From Anaerohalosphaeraceae bacterium (GTDB lineage Bacteria; Planctomycetota; Phycisphaerae; Sedimentisphaerales; Anaerohalosphaeraceae): DNA of 64,000 nt. Position numbers and translations under genes: made by a program. A model generated the notes under the pieces. The model did no database searches, had not been told where the DNA came from, and worked only from the letters and a program-made list of their open reading frames with translations. Of this stretch, positions 1 through 10,258 are shown piece after piece (within the stretch, counting starts at the first letter, position 1; each line of letters starts with the position of its first letter). The DNA lies in assembly GCA_050309605.1 (NCBI GenBank), contig JBNRMN010000033.1:64001-128000 (forward strand). The letters run 5' to 3'.

Positions 1-2
1 CG

Positions 3-983
3 AACCAGGGCAAACGGTACGAACCGACCGAAAGTCGGATTCAAATCAGGCGACGAATCAATCGCCGGTGGCTTTTGGGGTTACTGGCACTGACGGCGGC
101 CATGCAACTGATCACGGCGGGGCTGACGGGGCATTTTTTATCGGCGTGTGTCAATGTCTTTGTCATCTCGCTGCTGGCGGTGCTGCTTATCCGAGAGATG
201 ACCCTTTTGAGCCGCGTTTGTGCGCAAGTCGAGCAGGCCTGCCGTACGCGCACGGATTTTCTGGCGAATATCAGCCATGAAATTCGCACACCGCTGAACG
301 CCATTATCGGCTTTGGCGAACTGCTCTCGGAAACCGATCTCGATGATGAACAGGCCGATTATCTTGATACGGTTCTTTTTAACAGTCAGAATCTGCTGAT
401 TATGGTCAACGACATTCTCGACTTTGCCAATCTCAAAAGAGGGAGTCTTCGCTCCCATTGCGTGCCGGCATCGATACCGGCGCTGCTTGAACGGATTGAA
501 AAAACCTATTATCCGATGGCCGAGCGCAGAGGCCTTACCTTTTCAGTCCGCGCCGACCGGGATATTCCGTCGGTTGTCGTGATGGATACGATGCGGCTGA
601 TGCAATGCCTGTCGAACCTGATCAATAATGCGCTGAAATTCACTTGTGAAGGGCACGTTTGCCTGCGGCTGCGAACGCTTGAAGAAGGGGATCGACCTTG
701 GCTGCAATGTGACGTTGAAGATACCGGCATCGGCATTGCGCCGGACCAGCAAACACACATCTTTGAGGCCTTCACGCAGGGCGACGGCAGCGCGTCGCGC
801 CGCTACGGCGGGATCGGATTGGGCCTGACGCTTGCACGGCGACTGGCAGATCTGCTCGGCGGTCGGCTCACGTTCAAAAGCACACCGGGCGGGGGATCCG
901 TCTTTTCGCTGATTGTGCCGTATCAGATATATGAGGGCACATCGGCCGACTGTTTGGAGTCCACTCTTCAGCACGCCGTTTGA
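3..983 (+). CDS. Sensor histidine kinase (HisKA + HATPase_c), probably 5'-truncated by the window edge
   Basis: H-box FLANISHEIRTPLNAIIG, N-box NLINNALKFT, G boxes DTGIGI and GGIGLGL; two hydrophobic N-terminal segments; frame is open back to position 3. Confidence 0.9.
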   Translation, partial: NQGKRYEPTESRIQIRRRINRRWLLGLLALTAAMQLITAGLTGHFLSACVNVFVISLLAVLLIREMTLLSRVCAQVEQACRTRTDFLANISHEIRTPLNAIIGFGELLSETDLDDEQADYLDTVLFNSQNLLIMVNDILDFANLKRGSLRSHCVPASIPALLERIEKTYYPMAERRGLTFSVRADRDIPSVVVMDTMRLMQCLSNLINNALKFTCEGHVCLRLRTLEEGDRPWLQCDVEDTGIGIAPDQQTHIFEAFTQGDGSASRRYGGIGLGLTLARRLADLLGGRLTFKSTPGGGSVFSLIVPYQIYEGTSADCLESTLQHAV

Positions 984-1021
984 CGCGCCGAAGTGTGAAC
1001 CCCAAACAACGGCGTATTACG

Positions 1022-3430
1022 TTATCTCAGCGACACCTTATAGACGGTGATACTGAGGGGTTTGATGGACACGGTGTCGGTCAGGTCCGTCGGTTCCAGC
1101 GATTCAATCTGAATGATCGGTTCCTGCCCCGGGTCATTGTGTGCCATGGGATTATCATGCTGAACCACCCAGCCGGACGCTTTGCCGTTCAGCCTCAAGC
1201 CGCCCAAGTTCAGCGTGACATTGTAGGTGTCCCATGTGGCATTGACGAATCCGACGGTCAGCGTCTTGCCGTCCTCGCTCAGCGCCGCGGCGACATCCAG
1301 CTTTTCGTCCCAGCCGCTTACGGTCAGCGGCTGCGTGCCGAACTCGCGACGATACAGAACCAATGGATAGGCGGTGGCGTCGAACTCGGCGTCCGTTTTG
1401 GTGGTCTTGATACAGCCAATGACGTTGACCGTCTGGGCGTAAAACGCGCTGTGGAACAGATCGGATTGCCGGAAGTATTCGTGCAGGCCGGCGGCAATGC
1501 CCAGTGCATCTTTCATAAAGTACCGTGTGCCCAGCTCACCGAAGACGTGCGGGCCATACCAGTAGTTCCATTCGGTCATGGCAATCCGAATATCCTTGCC
1601 CTGCAGCATCGGCAGTTGTTCACGGTACCGACGGTGTGCATCGGCCTTTTCTTTGATACGGTTGGGCACCTGCCGCACATGTGCCGTCAAGTCCGGTCGC
1701 GTCTGGCAGTAAAAGTGCTCGGCGATATGGTCCATATGGTCATGGCAATGGCGAAGCATTCCCTCCGACCAGCCGCCGCCCAAGTCGCCGGAGGCAATGG
1801 TCACGATATCCGGATCCACTTTTCGCATCATCTCTTCGACCCAGTTGTGCTTGAGCACATAATGCTCCAGCCGCATATAGCCCAATTGCCAATTGCCCCA
1901 CATCTCGTTACCGACGCACCAGTATTTGACATTGAACGGCTGACGGTGTCCGTTATCGGCGCGTTGTTTGCCCATCGGCGTATTCGGTGCACCGTTGGCG
2001 TATTCCACCTGGGCGGCGGCCGAGTAGGCGTCGCCGAAACCGGTATTGACCGTAATCAGCGGCTCGGCGTCCAGCAGCCGGCACAGCTCGACAAATTCAT
2101 GCATCCCCACATCGTTGGTCTCGATGCCCGTCCAGGCCGGATTGGTGCGGGTGGGTCGTCGGTCGCGCTCGCCCAGTCCGTCGCGCCAATCGTAGCCGCT
2201 GACGAAATTGCCGCCGGGCCAGCGGTAAAGGGGGCTGTTCAGTTCTTTCATCAGGGCCAGCGTGTCGCGCCGGAACCCGTTGATGTTGTCAGCCGGCATC
2301 AGTGAGACGGCGCCGATGATGAAAGACCCGTTGCCGCTGCCGACGATTTCGAGCCGTGCATTATCGGAATCGGCGCCGGCGGTGTACGTCAGATTATAGG
2401 TTCTGAAATTGCGTCCGAAACGACGAATCGTAACGGTTTGGCGGTCTGCTTGGCCGTCGCCCCAAACCAGACTGACGCGAATCGGGCCTGCCGAGCTGTC
2501 GCCGCGCAGCACAATCCGTCCTACGTAGTCTTTGCCGGCCAGGACTCCCAGCTCGTCCTGATAGATGCCCGCCGGCTGTCCGGAAACGGTAATCCTCGGC
2601 TCATGGTCGCCGGATAACGGGTCCTCGGTGTTCATCTGTATTGCATCGGTCGATCCAATGACCTTCCAGGGCGAATCTCGCAGTACGCGAGCGCCGGCGC
2701 CGGTGCGTCCCCAGATTTGCCCTGAAGCGGGCACGGCATAATAAAACTTGCGGTCTTCGAGCATCTCGGCCCAGATGCCGCCGTAAATGCAGCGTCCCAA
2801 ATGTTCGATAAACTGTCCGTAAATCAGTTCGGAGATCGGTTCATGTTCAGGCGTCGGATCAAGGGTGATGGTCTTGGCGACGGTCCTGCTTTCGGGGCGG
2901 ATTTCTTCGAGCACTTCCAGCACAATGTCATCAAACCACGCCGTGCCGGCGGCCTGTCCCCATCCGCCGAACAGGCAGTTGATCTGGACGCTGTCCTGAC
3001 CGGCGACTTGAAACTCGGTTTCGAGTTTGATCCAGTCATTGGACCCGACCGTCAGGGCTGAGGTGACGGCCTCGTCAATGCCATGCACATTGAGCTGAAC
3101 GCCGCGACCGCTGGTGGTCCGCAGATTCTCAGTTTTGACCCAGCCGCTCAGGCGCAGCCGGGCAAACGGCGGGATACTCACGGTCTGCGACCAAGCGGCG
3201 TCGGCGCCGTTTTCCGAGCTGATTTTGACGCAGCGTCCGGTGCGTCCGCTGTCATCCACGGCAAACTCCGCCTGTCCGGTCCACGTGGTGTTCGTCCAGC
3301 CGAGCGGTCGGTCGTTGCGCGCCCGCTCAAACGACGGATTTCGCAACAGATTTTCACCCTGCACTATGGCCGTGCAGGTCAAAAGGGTGAAAATCAAAAT
3401 GCAGATGGCCGATGTTCGTCCTGTTCTCAT
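1022..3430 (-). CDS. Secreted GH51 alpha-L-arabinofuranosidase with N-terminal CBM4/9-like domain
   Basis: YGQFIEHLGRCIYGG, RWPGGNF, WCVGNEMWG and AMTEWN motifs; signal peptide after ATG 3430 (GGAG upstream); ENLLRNPSFE...WFDDIVL carbohydrate-binding module. Confidence 0.9.
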   Translation of the reverse strand: MRTGRTSAICILIFTLLTCTAIVQGENLLRNPSFERARNDRPLGWTNTTWTGQAEFAVDDSGRTGRCVKISSENGADAAWSQTVSIPPFARLRLSGWVKTENLRTTSGRGVQLNVHGIDEAVTSALTVGSNDWIKLETEFQVAGQDSVQINCLFGGWGQAAGTAWFDDIVLEVLEEIRPESRTVAKTITLDPTPEHEPISELIYGQFIEHLGRCIYGGIWAEMLEDRKFYYAVPASGQIWGRTGAGARVLRDSPWKVIGSTDAIQMNTEDPLSGDHEPRITVSGQPAGIYQDELGVLAGKDYVGRIVLRGDSSAGPIRVSLVWGDGQADRQTVTIRRFGRNFRTYNLTYTAGADSDNARLEIVGSGNGSFIIGAVSLMPADNINGFRRDTLALMKELNSPLYRWPGGNFVSGYDWRDGLGERDRRPTRTNPAWTGIETNDVGMHEFVELCRLLDAEPLITVNTGFGDAYSAAAQVEYANGAPNTPMGKQRADNGHRQPFNVKYWCVGNEMWGNWQLGYMRLEHYVLKHNWVEEMMRKVDPDIVTIASGDLGGGWSEGMLRHCHDHMDHIAEHFYCQTRPDLTAHVRQVPNRIKEKADAHRRYREQLPMLQGKDIRIAMTEWNYWYGPHVFGELGTRYFMKDALGIAAGLHEYFRQSDLFHSAFYAQTVNVIGCIKTTKTDAEFDATAYPLVLYRREFGTQPLTVSGWDEKLDVAAALSEDGKTLTVGFVNATWDTYNVTLNLGGLRLNGKASGWVVQHDNPMAHNDPGQEPIIQIESLEPTDLTDTVSIKPLSITVYKVSLR

Positions 3431-3672
3431 GGCTTTCTCCTGTTCAAAAGAGTTCTCATTTTCCTTTACAGAACGGAATATGGTAAACAATTTATCAAAT
3501 TGCCCCATGCTTGACAAGGGGAATATCTCAAAAAATCGATCTTTTACCGTGCGTGTCGAGATTTTGTATCTCGTATTTGTTCGGTCGGCCCGGTATAATC
3601 ATTGAAAGAACAATCTGCGGTTTTTCAGATGTAATATATCTCAATCGCTGAAACGTTCGGGAGGCCGAGAAA

Positions 3673-5499
3673 ATGCGACACGGTGCAATGTATTTGGGTA
3701 TGGGTCGATGTCGGTTTACGGTTTGGGCCCCGTTTGCCGAAGGGGTGCAGGTGCGTTTTGTCGATCAAAACGACCGCACGGAAGCCCTGCGGCCTGTCGA
3801 TTTGGGGTATTGGCAGGCTGAACTGGACGATGTGCCGCCGGGTGCACGCTATGTGTACCGTCTGGGGCAGGGCAAGGAACGCCCTGACCCGGCTTCTCAT
3901 GCCCAGCCCGACGGCGTTCACGGCCCCAGCCGGATCGTTGATCATGGGGCATTTGACTGGACGGATCGCTGGTTTGAGCCGACGGCTCTGCACGATTATA
4001 TCATTTATGAGCTGCATATCGGGACTTTCACGCCGGATGGGACTTTTGACGCGGCCATTGACAAGCTGGATTATTTGTGCGAGCTGGGCGTAACCGCGGT
4101 TGAAGTCATGCCGGTCGCTCAGTTTACGCAAGATCGCAACTGGGGTTATGACGGGGTGTATCCATACGCCGTGCAGCAGTCTTACGGCGGCCCCGACGGG
4201 TTCAAGCGGTTCATTGATGCGGCGCATCGACGGGGGTTGTCGGTTATTTTGGATGTGGTTTATAACCATCTGGGGCCTGAGGGCAACTACCTGCCGGATT
4301 TTGGTCCGTATTTTTCCGACCGGTACCAAACGCCGTGGGGAAAATCGCTGAATTTCGATTGTGAATACAGCGATGCGGTGCGCGACTATTTCATCGAAAA
4401 CGCGCTGTTCTGGTTTGAGGTGTACCATATTGACGCCCTGCGACTGGATGCACTGCATGCGATCTTTGATATGAGCGCGACGCATTTTATCGAGGCGCTC
4501 AAGCGGCGCACGCAGGCACTTGAAAAAAAACTCAACCGGCCGTTGTATCTCATCGGCGAAAGCGATCTGAATGACGTGCGGCTGATTCGTCCCCGCAAGG
4601 CCGGCGGCTACGAACTGGACGCCCAATGGTCGGATGACTTTCATCACAGTCTGCACGCTCTGGCCACCGGTGAATCGATGGGGTATTACAGTGATTTTGG
4701 TTCGATTGATCATCTGGCCAAAGCCTATCGTGAAGGATTTGTTTATTCCGGCCAGTACTCTGCGTTTCGCAAGCGGCATTACGGTAATTCCTCGCGGCAT
4801 CGTCCGGCGCATCAGTTTGTCGTCTGCATCCAGAACCACGATCAGGTGGGCAACCGGATGCGTGGTGAACGGCTCTCGGCGCTGACGGATTTTGAGACGC
4901 TGAAACTGGCCGCCGGTGCGGTGCTGTTGTCGCCGTATGTTCCGATGCTGTGGATGGGCGAGGAATACGGGGAAACGGCGCCGTTTCTGTACTTTATCAG
5001 CCACAACGACCCCAAGCTGGTCAGGGCGGTGCGCCACGGGCGAGGCGAGGAGTTCAGCGATTTTCACGATGACGGCGATTGTCCCGACCCGCAGGCCGAG
5101 CAGACTTTTCTTCGCTCGGGCCTGCAATGGGAATTGCTTGACCGGCAGCCGCACAAGGTTTTGCTTGCCTATTACCACTATCTGATTGCCTTGCGAAAAG
5201 AGAGGCCGAATTATGCCGATCGCTCGCAGATGACCGTTCATACCGTTGAGGCGATGTCGCTGCTGGTCTGGCAGCGGCCATTCGCGGATTGCTGCTGGTG
5301 CTGTGTGATGAATTTTGGACGAACGCCCGGCCGCTATTCACTGCCGGACGCCTCCTCACGCTGGAAGACGCGGCTTGATTCCGCCGACCCGCGCTGGCAC
5401 GGTCCCGGCGGCGTTATCCCGTCACACATCCCCGGTGGTGATTCGATTGAGTTGTCCGCTCGCAGCATCGTCCTGCTGCAAAGTACAGACTCTCATTAA
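3673..5499 (+). CDS. treZ: Malto-oligosyltrehalose trehalohydrolase (GH13)
   Basis: FTVWAP, RPDPAS..QPDGVHGPS, YELHIGTFT, NWGYDGV, LRLDALH, QNHDQVGNR; adjacent to treY. Confidence 0.95.
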   Translation: MRHGAMYLGMGRCRFTVWAPFAEGVQVRFVDQNDRTEALRPVDLGYWQAELDDVPPGARYVYRLGQGKERPDPASHAQPDGVHGPSRIVDHGAFDWTDRWFEPTALHDYIIYELHIGTFTPDGTFDAAIDKLDYLCELGVTAVEVMPVAQFTQDRNWGYDGVYPYAVQQSYGGPDGFKRFIDAAHRRGLSVILDVVYNHLGPEGNYLPDFGPYFSDRYQTPWGKSLNFDCEYSDAVRDYFIENALFWFEVYHIDALRLDALHAIFDMSATHFIEALKRRTQALEKKLNRPLYLIGESDLNDVRLIRPRKAGGYELDAQWSDDFHHSLHALATGESMGYYSDFGSIDHLAKAYREGFVYSGQYSAFRKRHYGNSSRHRPAHQFVVCIQNHDQVGNRMRGERLSALTDFETLKLAAGAVLLSPYVPMLWMGEEYGETAPFLYFISHNDPKLVRAVRHGRGEEFSDFHDDGDCPDPQAEQTFLRSGLQWELLDRQPHKVLLAYYHYLIALRKERPNYADRSQMTVHTVEAMSLLVWQRPFADCCWCCVMNFGRTPGRYSLPDASSRWKTRLDSADPRWHGPGGVIPSHIPGGDSIELSARSIVLLQSTDSH

Positions 5500-5511
5500 C
5501 AGGAACCGTTT

Positions 5512-8082
5512 ATGAAAATCCCGACTGCAACCTACCGGCTTCAGTTTCACGCAGAGTTTACCTTTCGCGATGCGCGGGCGATCCTGGATTATCTGCATCG
5601 GCTGGGGATCAGTGATATGTACGCCTCGCCGATATTCCAGGCGGTCCAGGGCAGTACGCACGGGTATGATGTCGCCGATCCGAATCGGTTCAATCCCGAA
5701 CTGGGCGGTCGGGACGATTTTGACGCCCTCAGCCGCGAAAGACAGCGGTTCGGCCTGGGCTGGCTGCAGGACATCGTGCCCAACCATACGGCTTTTTCTC
5801 CGGAAAACGCCATGCTGATGGATGTCCTGGAGAAACGCGAAGACAGCGTCTTTTATCGTTTTTTTGATATTGACTGGGACGATCCCGATCCCTCATTGAA
5901 GGGCAAGGTCTTGATTCCGATTCTCGGCTCGCCTCTGGACGAGGTACTTGATGCCGGTGAGCTGACGCTGACGACTCAAGACGGCAGGCCGATGCTGTGT
6001 TACTATGATCATTGCTTTCCTTTGAACGCCGCCTCGGCTCGGCAATTTGACTCGATGAGCGATGCCGATCTGGCCCAGTACCCACAGGGCGCCGAGGGCA
6101 AGGCGCGGATGAAAGCGCTGCTGGATAAACAATATTATGTGATGGACTTTTGGAAAAACGCCAATGAACGCATCAACTATCGCCGTTTTTTTTACATTAA
6201 CGACTTGATTTCCATGCGCGTTGAGGATGAGGCGGTGATGGACGCGACGCATCGGCTCATCATCGAGCAGGTACGCCGCGGGCATTTTACCGGCCTGCGG
6301 ATAGATCATATCGACGGCCTGTACGATCCCGGCCACTATCTGGAGCGTCTTCGAGAGGCGTGTCCGGAGGCGTACATCGTTGCCGAAAAGATTCTCGAAC
6401 ACGATGAGCCGCTGTGCGAAAAATGGCCGATTGAGGGAACGACCGGCTATGACTTTGGGGCGCAGGTCAATGCGCTGTTCTGTAACCGGGACAATCGGTC
6501 GGCATTTTTGGAAGGTTACCAAACGTTTATCGGCCAAGACATCGACTACGAGCGGCTGCTGTATGACAATAAACGCCTGATTCTGAAAAAATATATGGCC
6601 GCCGACCTGCGCCGGCTGATGCGCTGTGTACGGCGGCTGCTGGATACAACGGCCGATGATGACCGGCTTGAAGCGGCGATGAGCGCTTTTGTCGCGTCCT
6701 TTCCGGTCTATCGCAGTTATTTTGACGGCAGGGAATTTGGCGCATTTGATCGGCGGTGCATCCGTCAGGCCATCCAAACGGCTGTGCGTTTTGAACCGAA
6801 ACTGACCCGACAAATCCAAACCCTGACGACGCTGCTGCCGCTGTCCGGCGAGGCATCGAAGCCCATCGACGCGGCGACGGCGGCTTTTGTCGGACGATTG
6901 CAGCAGTTGACCGGCCCGGTCATGGCCAAAGGCTTTGAAGATACGCTGCTGTACATTTTTTACCCGTTGGCCTCGCTGAATGAAGTCGGCGGCGCGCCGG
7001 TTATGTTCGGACTGAGCGAAGCGGAGTTTTACGGTTTTATTCAGAACCGTCAAACGCGCTGGCCGCATGCGATGAACGCCACCGCCACCCACGACACCAA
7101 ACGCGGCGAGGATGTTCGCGCCCGGCTGAACGTGCTGTCCGAAATGCCGGATGCGTGGTTTGAGAAGGTCAATCAGTGGAGCCGAATCAATGAACACTGC
7201 AAAACCAGACACGAAGGACAGCTTATCCCCGACCGCAACGATGAATATCTGATCTATCAAACGCTGCTGGGCGCAAAGCCGTTTGAGGAGGGGCTTTCAG
7301 CGGCATTTCTGGAGCGTGTCAAGGCCTATACGGTCAAGGCACTGCGTGAAAGCCAGCGGCATACGACCTGGGTCGAGCCGAACGAGGCGTACGAACAGGC
7401 TGCGACCGCGTTTATCGACCGAATTGCTGCCGAGAATACGGATTTTATCGCATCGTTTGAGCCGTTCTGTAAGCGGATTGCCGAGTATGGCATCATCAAT
7501 TCTCTTTCGCAGACGCTGCTGAAGATGACCGCGCCGGGCGTGTGCGACTTTTATCAGGGCAGCGAATTATGGGAACTGAGTCTGGTCGATCCGGACAATC
7601 GCCGACCGGTCGATTATGCGCAGCGCAGTGCAATGCTCGATACCCTCATCCGCGACAGCCGACACAGCCGCACGGCACTGCTCAACAACCTGATTGAGAC
7701 GCGCACCCGGGGCGGGATTAAAATGTTTTTAATCCATACGATTCTTCAACAGCGAAAAGCATTTCCGGAATTGTTTTTGCAGGGCGCGTTTGTGCCGCTG
7801 CAAATTCAGGGGCGCCGCCGTCAGCACATACTGGCGTTTGCCCGCTGTTTTGCGGATCGCTGCGCTGTGACCGTTGTGCCGCGGTTTGTCAGCACACTGG
7901 CCGAGCCGGACGTACTACCTTTGGGGGACGCCGTCTGGGGCGATACGCGCATTTGTCTGCCGAACGATTTCCCGACCCGATGGAACAACCCCGTGACCGA
8001 CGAATCGGTTGCCGCCAAAGACAGCCTTTCGGTCGGACAAATCCTGAATACGTTTCCGGTGGCGTTTTTAACAGCGTCATAA
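5512..8082 (+). CDS. treY: Malto-oligosyltrehalose synthase (GH13)
   Basis: PTATYRLQF, GSTHGYDV, DIVPNH, GLRIDHIDGL, ATHDTKRGEDVRAR, LVDPDNRRPVDY. Confidence 0.96.
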   Translation: MKIPTATYRLQFHAEFTFRDARAILDYLHRLGISDMYASPIFQAVQGSTHGYDVADPNRFNPELGGRDDFDALSRERQRFGLGWLQDIVPNHTAFSPENAMLMDVLEKREDSVFYRFFDIDWDDPDPSLKGKVLIPILGSPLDEVLDAGELTLTTQDGRPMLCYYDHCFPLNAASARQFDSMSDADLAQYPQGAEGKARMKALLDKQYYVMDFWKNANERINYRRFFYINDLISMRVEDEAVMDATHRLIIEQVRRGHFTGLRIDHIDGLYDPGHYLERLREACPEAYIVAEKILEHDEPLCEKWPIEGTTGYDFGAQVNALFCNRDNRSAFLEGYQTFIGQDIDYERLLYDNKRLILKKYMAADLRRLMRCVRRLLDTTADDDRLEAAMSAFVASFPVYRSYFDGREFGAFDRRCIRQAIQTAVRFEPKLTRQIQTLTTLLPLSGEASKPIDAATAAFVGRLQQLTGPVMAKGFEDTLLYIFYPLASLNEVGGAPVMFGLSEAEFYGFIQNRQTRWPHAMNATATHDTKRGEDVRARLNVLSEMPDAWFEKVNQWSRINEHCKTRHEGQLIPDRNDEYLIYQTLLGAKPFEEGLSAAFLERVKAYTVKALRESQRHTTWVEPNEAYEQAATAFIDRIAAENTDFIASFEPFCKRIAEYGIINSLSQTLLKMTAPGVCDFYQGSELWELSLVDPDNRRPVDYAQRSAMLDTLIRDSRHSRTALLNNLIETRTRGGIKMFLIHTILQQRKAFPELFLQGAFVPLQIQGRRRQHILAFARCFADRCAVTVVPRFVSTLAEPDVLPLGDAVWGDTRICLPNDFPTRWNNPVTDESVAAKDSLSVGQILNTFPVAFLTAS

Positions 8083-8087
8083 GAAAA

Positions 8088-8116
8088 ATGGGACAGGTCG
8101 ATTCAACCTGTCCCAT
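8088..8116. terminator. Perfect 11-bp hairpin between convergent treY and leuB (terminator or REP-like palindrome)
   Basis: ATGGGACAGGT-cgattca-ACCTGTCCCAT with an A-run on the left, i.e. a U-tail on the minus strand. Confidence 0.7.
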
Positions 8117-8155
8117 GATTTGAAGAGTTGTTTTTCTGACTTCCGGTTGGTGTTG

Positions 8156-9241
8156 TTATTCGGCAACTTTTTGGGCGACCAGATCGCCGACTTCGCTGGT
8201 GGTGTAGCCCATTTTTCCGGCGGCCAGGGATTTGAGTTTGTTGCCGGTGACCCAGCGGACGGCCTGTTCGACCGCATCGGCCGCGGCGTCTTGGCCGAGT
8301 GTCTGGAGCATCATCGCCATCGCGCAGACGGCCGCCAGCGGATTGATCACGCCCATGCCGGTGTACTTGGGGGCGCTGCCGCCGATGGGTTCAAACATCG
8401 AGACGCCTTCCGGATTGATGTTGCCGCCGGCGGCGATGCCCATGCCGCCCTGGGTGATCGCGCCCAGGTCGGTGATGATGTCGCCGAACATATTGCCGGT
8501 GACCAGCACGTCGAACCATTCCGGGCTTTTGACCATCCACATACACGTCGCATCGACGTGGTAATAATCGCGTCGGATGTCGGGGTAATCTTTTTCGCCC
8601 ATCTCGTGAAAGGCGCGCTCCCACAGGTCATAGATATAGGTCAGCACGTTGGTTTTGCCGACCAGGCCGAGGGTGTTTTCTTTGCCCACGCCGCGGGCCT
8701 TCTTGCCGTATTTTCGGGTGTATTCGAAGGCGTACTTCAGACAGCGATCCACCTGGAAGCGGTTATAGACGGCGCTTTGCACCGCCACTTCCTGCGGCGT
8801 GCCCTTCATCGTAAAGCCGCCCGCCCCGCAGTAGGCGTCGCCGGTGTTTTCACGCACCACGACATAATCAATCTCGGCCGGGCCTTTGTCCTTCAGCGGC
8901 GTTTCCACGCCGGGAAACAGCCGCACCGGACGCAGGTTGATGTATTGATCCATCTCAAACCGCATCCGCAGCAACAGCCCTTTTTCGAGGATGCCGGGTT
9001 TGACGTCGGGATGGCCGATCGCGCCGAGCAAAATCGCGTCGTGCTGTTTGAGATCCTCGACCGCACCGTCCGGCAAAATCTCGCCGGTGCGTTTGTACCG
9101 CTCGCCGCCAAAGTCAAAGTCGGTCTTTTCGACCTTAAACCCGAACTTGGCCGCCACCGCATCCATTACTTTTACTGCTTCAACAGTTACTTCCGGCCCC
9201 GTGCCGTCGCCGCCGATAATCGCAATCTTATACGTCTTCAT
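8156..9241 (-). CDS. leuB: 3-isopropylmalate dehydrogenase
   Basis: GGDGTGPEV, NLRPVRL, VVRENT, NMFGDIITDL, FEPIGGSAP; leu operon context. Confidence 0.93.
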   Translation of the reverse strand: MKTYKIAIIGGDGTGPEVTVEAVKVMDAVAAKFGFKVEKTDFDFGGERYKRTGEILPDGAVEDLKQHDAILLGAIGHPDVKPGILEKGLLLRMRFEMDQYINLRPVRLFPGVETPLKDKGPAEIDYVVVRENTGDAYCGAGGFTMKGTPQEVAVQSAVYNRFQVDRCLKYAFEYTRKYGKKARGVGKENTLGLVGKTNVLTYIYDLWERAFHEMGEKDYPDIRRDYYHVDATCMWMVKSPEWFDVLVTGNMFGDIITDLGAITQGGMGIAAGGNINPEGVSMFEPIGGSAPKYTGMGVINPLAAVCAMAMMLQTLGQDAAADAVEQAVRWVTGNKLKSLAAGKMGYTTSEVGDLVAQKVAE

Positions 9242-9284
9242 TACTTTGCTATCCTTTCATAAGTGGTTGTTTCAATATTTTCTT

Positions 9285-9301
9285 AAGTAAAAAGGTAAAA
9301 T
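9285..9301. repeat. 3' inverted-repeat arm of four-helix-bundle cassette 1
   Basis: AAGTAAAAAGGTAAAAT on +, complementary on the mRNA to the arm at 9672-9703. Confidence 0.6.
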
Positions 9302-9672
9302 TACCGCTTTCCTTTGCATCTCAGGTTACTCGAAGCCAGTATTTTTGAAATTTCATCCAATTCGCTCAAAAACCATGCGGTTTTTTGCGGCGTTGAGCGC
9401 TTACTGTCGCGCAGCAGAGCCATCCACATTTTGCTTTCGTTGGCGGATTTGAGCGAAATTGACGAAAAATTTGTAAATTCTTTTTTGCTGCTTGCAGACT
9501 GCCCTTCGACATAATTGGCCAGAATGCTGCTGCCGCTTCGAAAAAGCTGGTCGCTGATGCGTCTGGAAATACTGTCATCGGGAAGCCCATCAAGAAACTC
9601 AATCAATTTCAAAATAAAACGGTAAAGTCGTTTCTTGAGGGCAGCAACAAACTTTTCCTTTTCACCTGTCAT
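9301..9672 (-). CDS. Four-helix bundle protein 1 (23S rRNA-IVS protein/TIGR02436-like), 123 aa, between leuD and leuB
   Basis: MTGEKEKF...DQLFRSGSSILANYVEGQSASSKKEF...LKSANESKMW fits the QL.RS..SI.AN..E family signature. It is the C-terminal half of ORF 9301..10014; ATG at 9672. Confidence 0.88.
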   Translation of the reverse strand: MTGEKEKFVAALKKRLYRFILKLIEFLDGLPDDSISRRISDQLFRSGSSILANYVEGQSASSKKEFTNFSSISLKSANESKMWMALLRDSKRSTPQKTAWFLSELDEISKILASSNLRCKGKR

Positions 9673-9703
9673 TTTGCCCTTTTCCCTTTTACTTTTGCCT
9701 TTT
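9672..9703. repeat. 5' arm of cassette 1: AAAAGG(C/G)-type ~7-bp units overlapping the leuD stop
   Basis: Minus strand reads AAAAGGC AAAAGT AAAAGGG AAAAGGG CAAA-ATG. Confidence 0.7.
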
Positions 9704-10171
9704 GATATGTTCCAGCAGTCCGTCGTCGTTGACGATTTCGAGGGCAAAGTCCGGCAGCGGGGTAAAGGCGATGGTCGTCCCCTGCGTCTTGTTGGCAATC
9801 GTGCCGCCTTTGTAGTCGATTTCCAGCTCGTCACCGTCGTTGATCTTGTCCAGTGCCCCGTGCAGCTCGATGGGGTAAAAGCCGCAGTTGATGCAGTTGC
9901 GGTAAAAGATGCGGGCAAACGACTGGGCGATGACGGCGCCGACCTGTGCGCCCTGAATCGCCCAGACGGCGTGCTCGCGGCTGGAGCCGCAGCCGAAATC
10001 ATCCCCGCAGACAATCACATCGCCGGGCTGAACCTTCTTGACAAACCCGGTATCCAGGTCTTCCATACAGTGCTTTGCCAGCTCGGCCGCATCGTCCGAA
10101 TTCAAATACCGCGCCGGGATGATCTCGTCCGTATTGACGTGATCCCGCTTGTACACATGTGCTTTTGCCAT
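9689..10171 (-). CDS. leuD: 3-isopropylmalate dehydratase small subunit
   Basis: DHVNTDEIIPARYL, FGCGSSREHA, SFARIFYRNCIN. Confidence 0.96.
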   Translation of the reverse strand: MAKAHVYKRDHVNTDEIIPARYLNSDDAAELAKHCMEDLDTGFVKKVQPGDVIVCGDDFGCGSSREHAVWAIQGAQVGAVIAQSFARIFYRNCINCGFYPIELHGALDKINDGDELEIDYKGGTIANKTQGTTIAFTPLPDFALEIVNDDGLLEHIKRQK

Positions 10172-10191
10172 AAAATCTCCGATTTTTTATG

Positions 10192-10236
10192 AAATTCGAA
10201 TCTCGAATTTCGAAATACGAAACAAATTCAAATTTC
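10192..10236. repeat. 3' inverted-repeat arm of cassette 2 (CGAA-containing heptamers)
   Basis: AAATTCGAATCTCGAATTTCGAAATACGAAACAAATTCAAATTTC; 37/45 identical by hand alignment to the reverse complement of 10617-10661. Confidence 0.85.
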
Positions 10237-10258
10237 AAAGTATTCCAATTTTCGAAAC

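Noticed and set aside
9301..10014. 237-aa ORF taken as a single protein
   Set aside because: Its first half is an alternative frame of leuD; the four-helix-bundle protein begins at ATG 9672.
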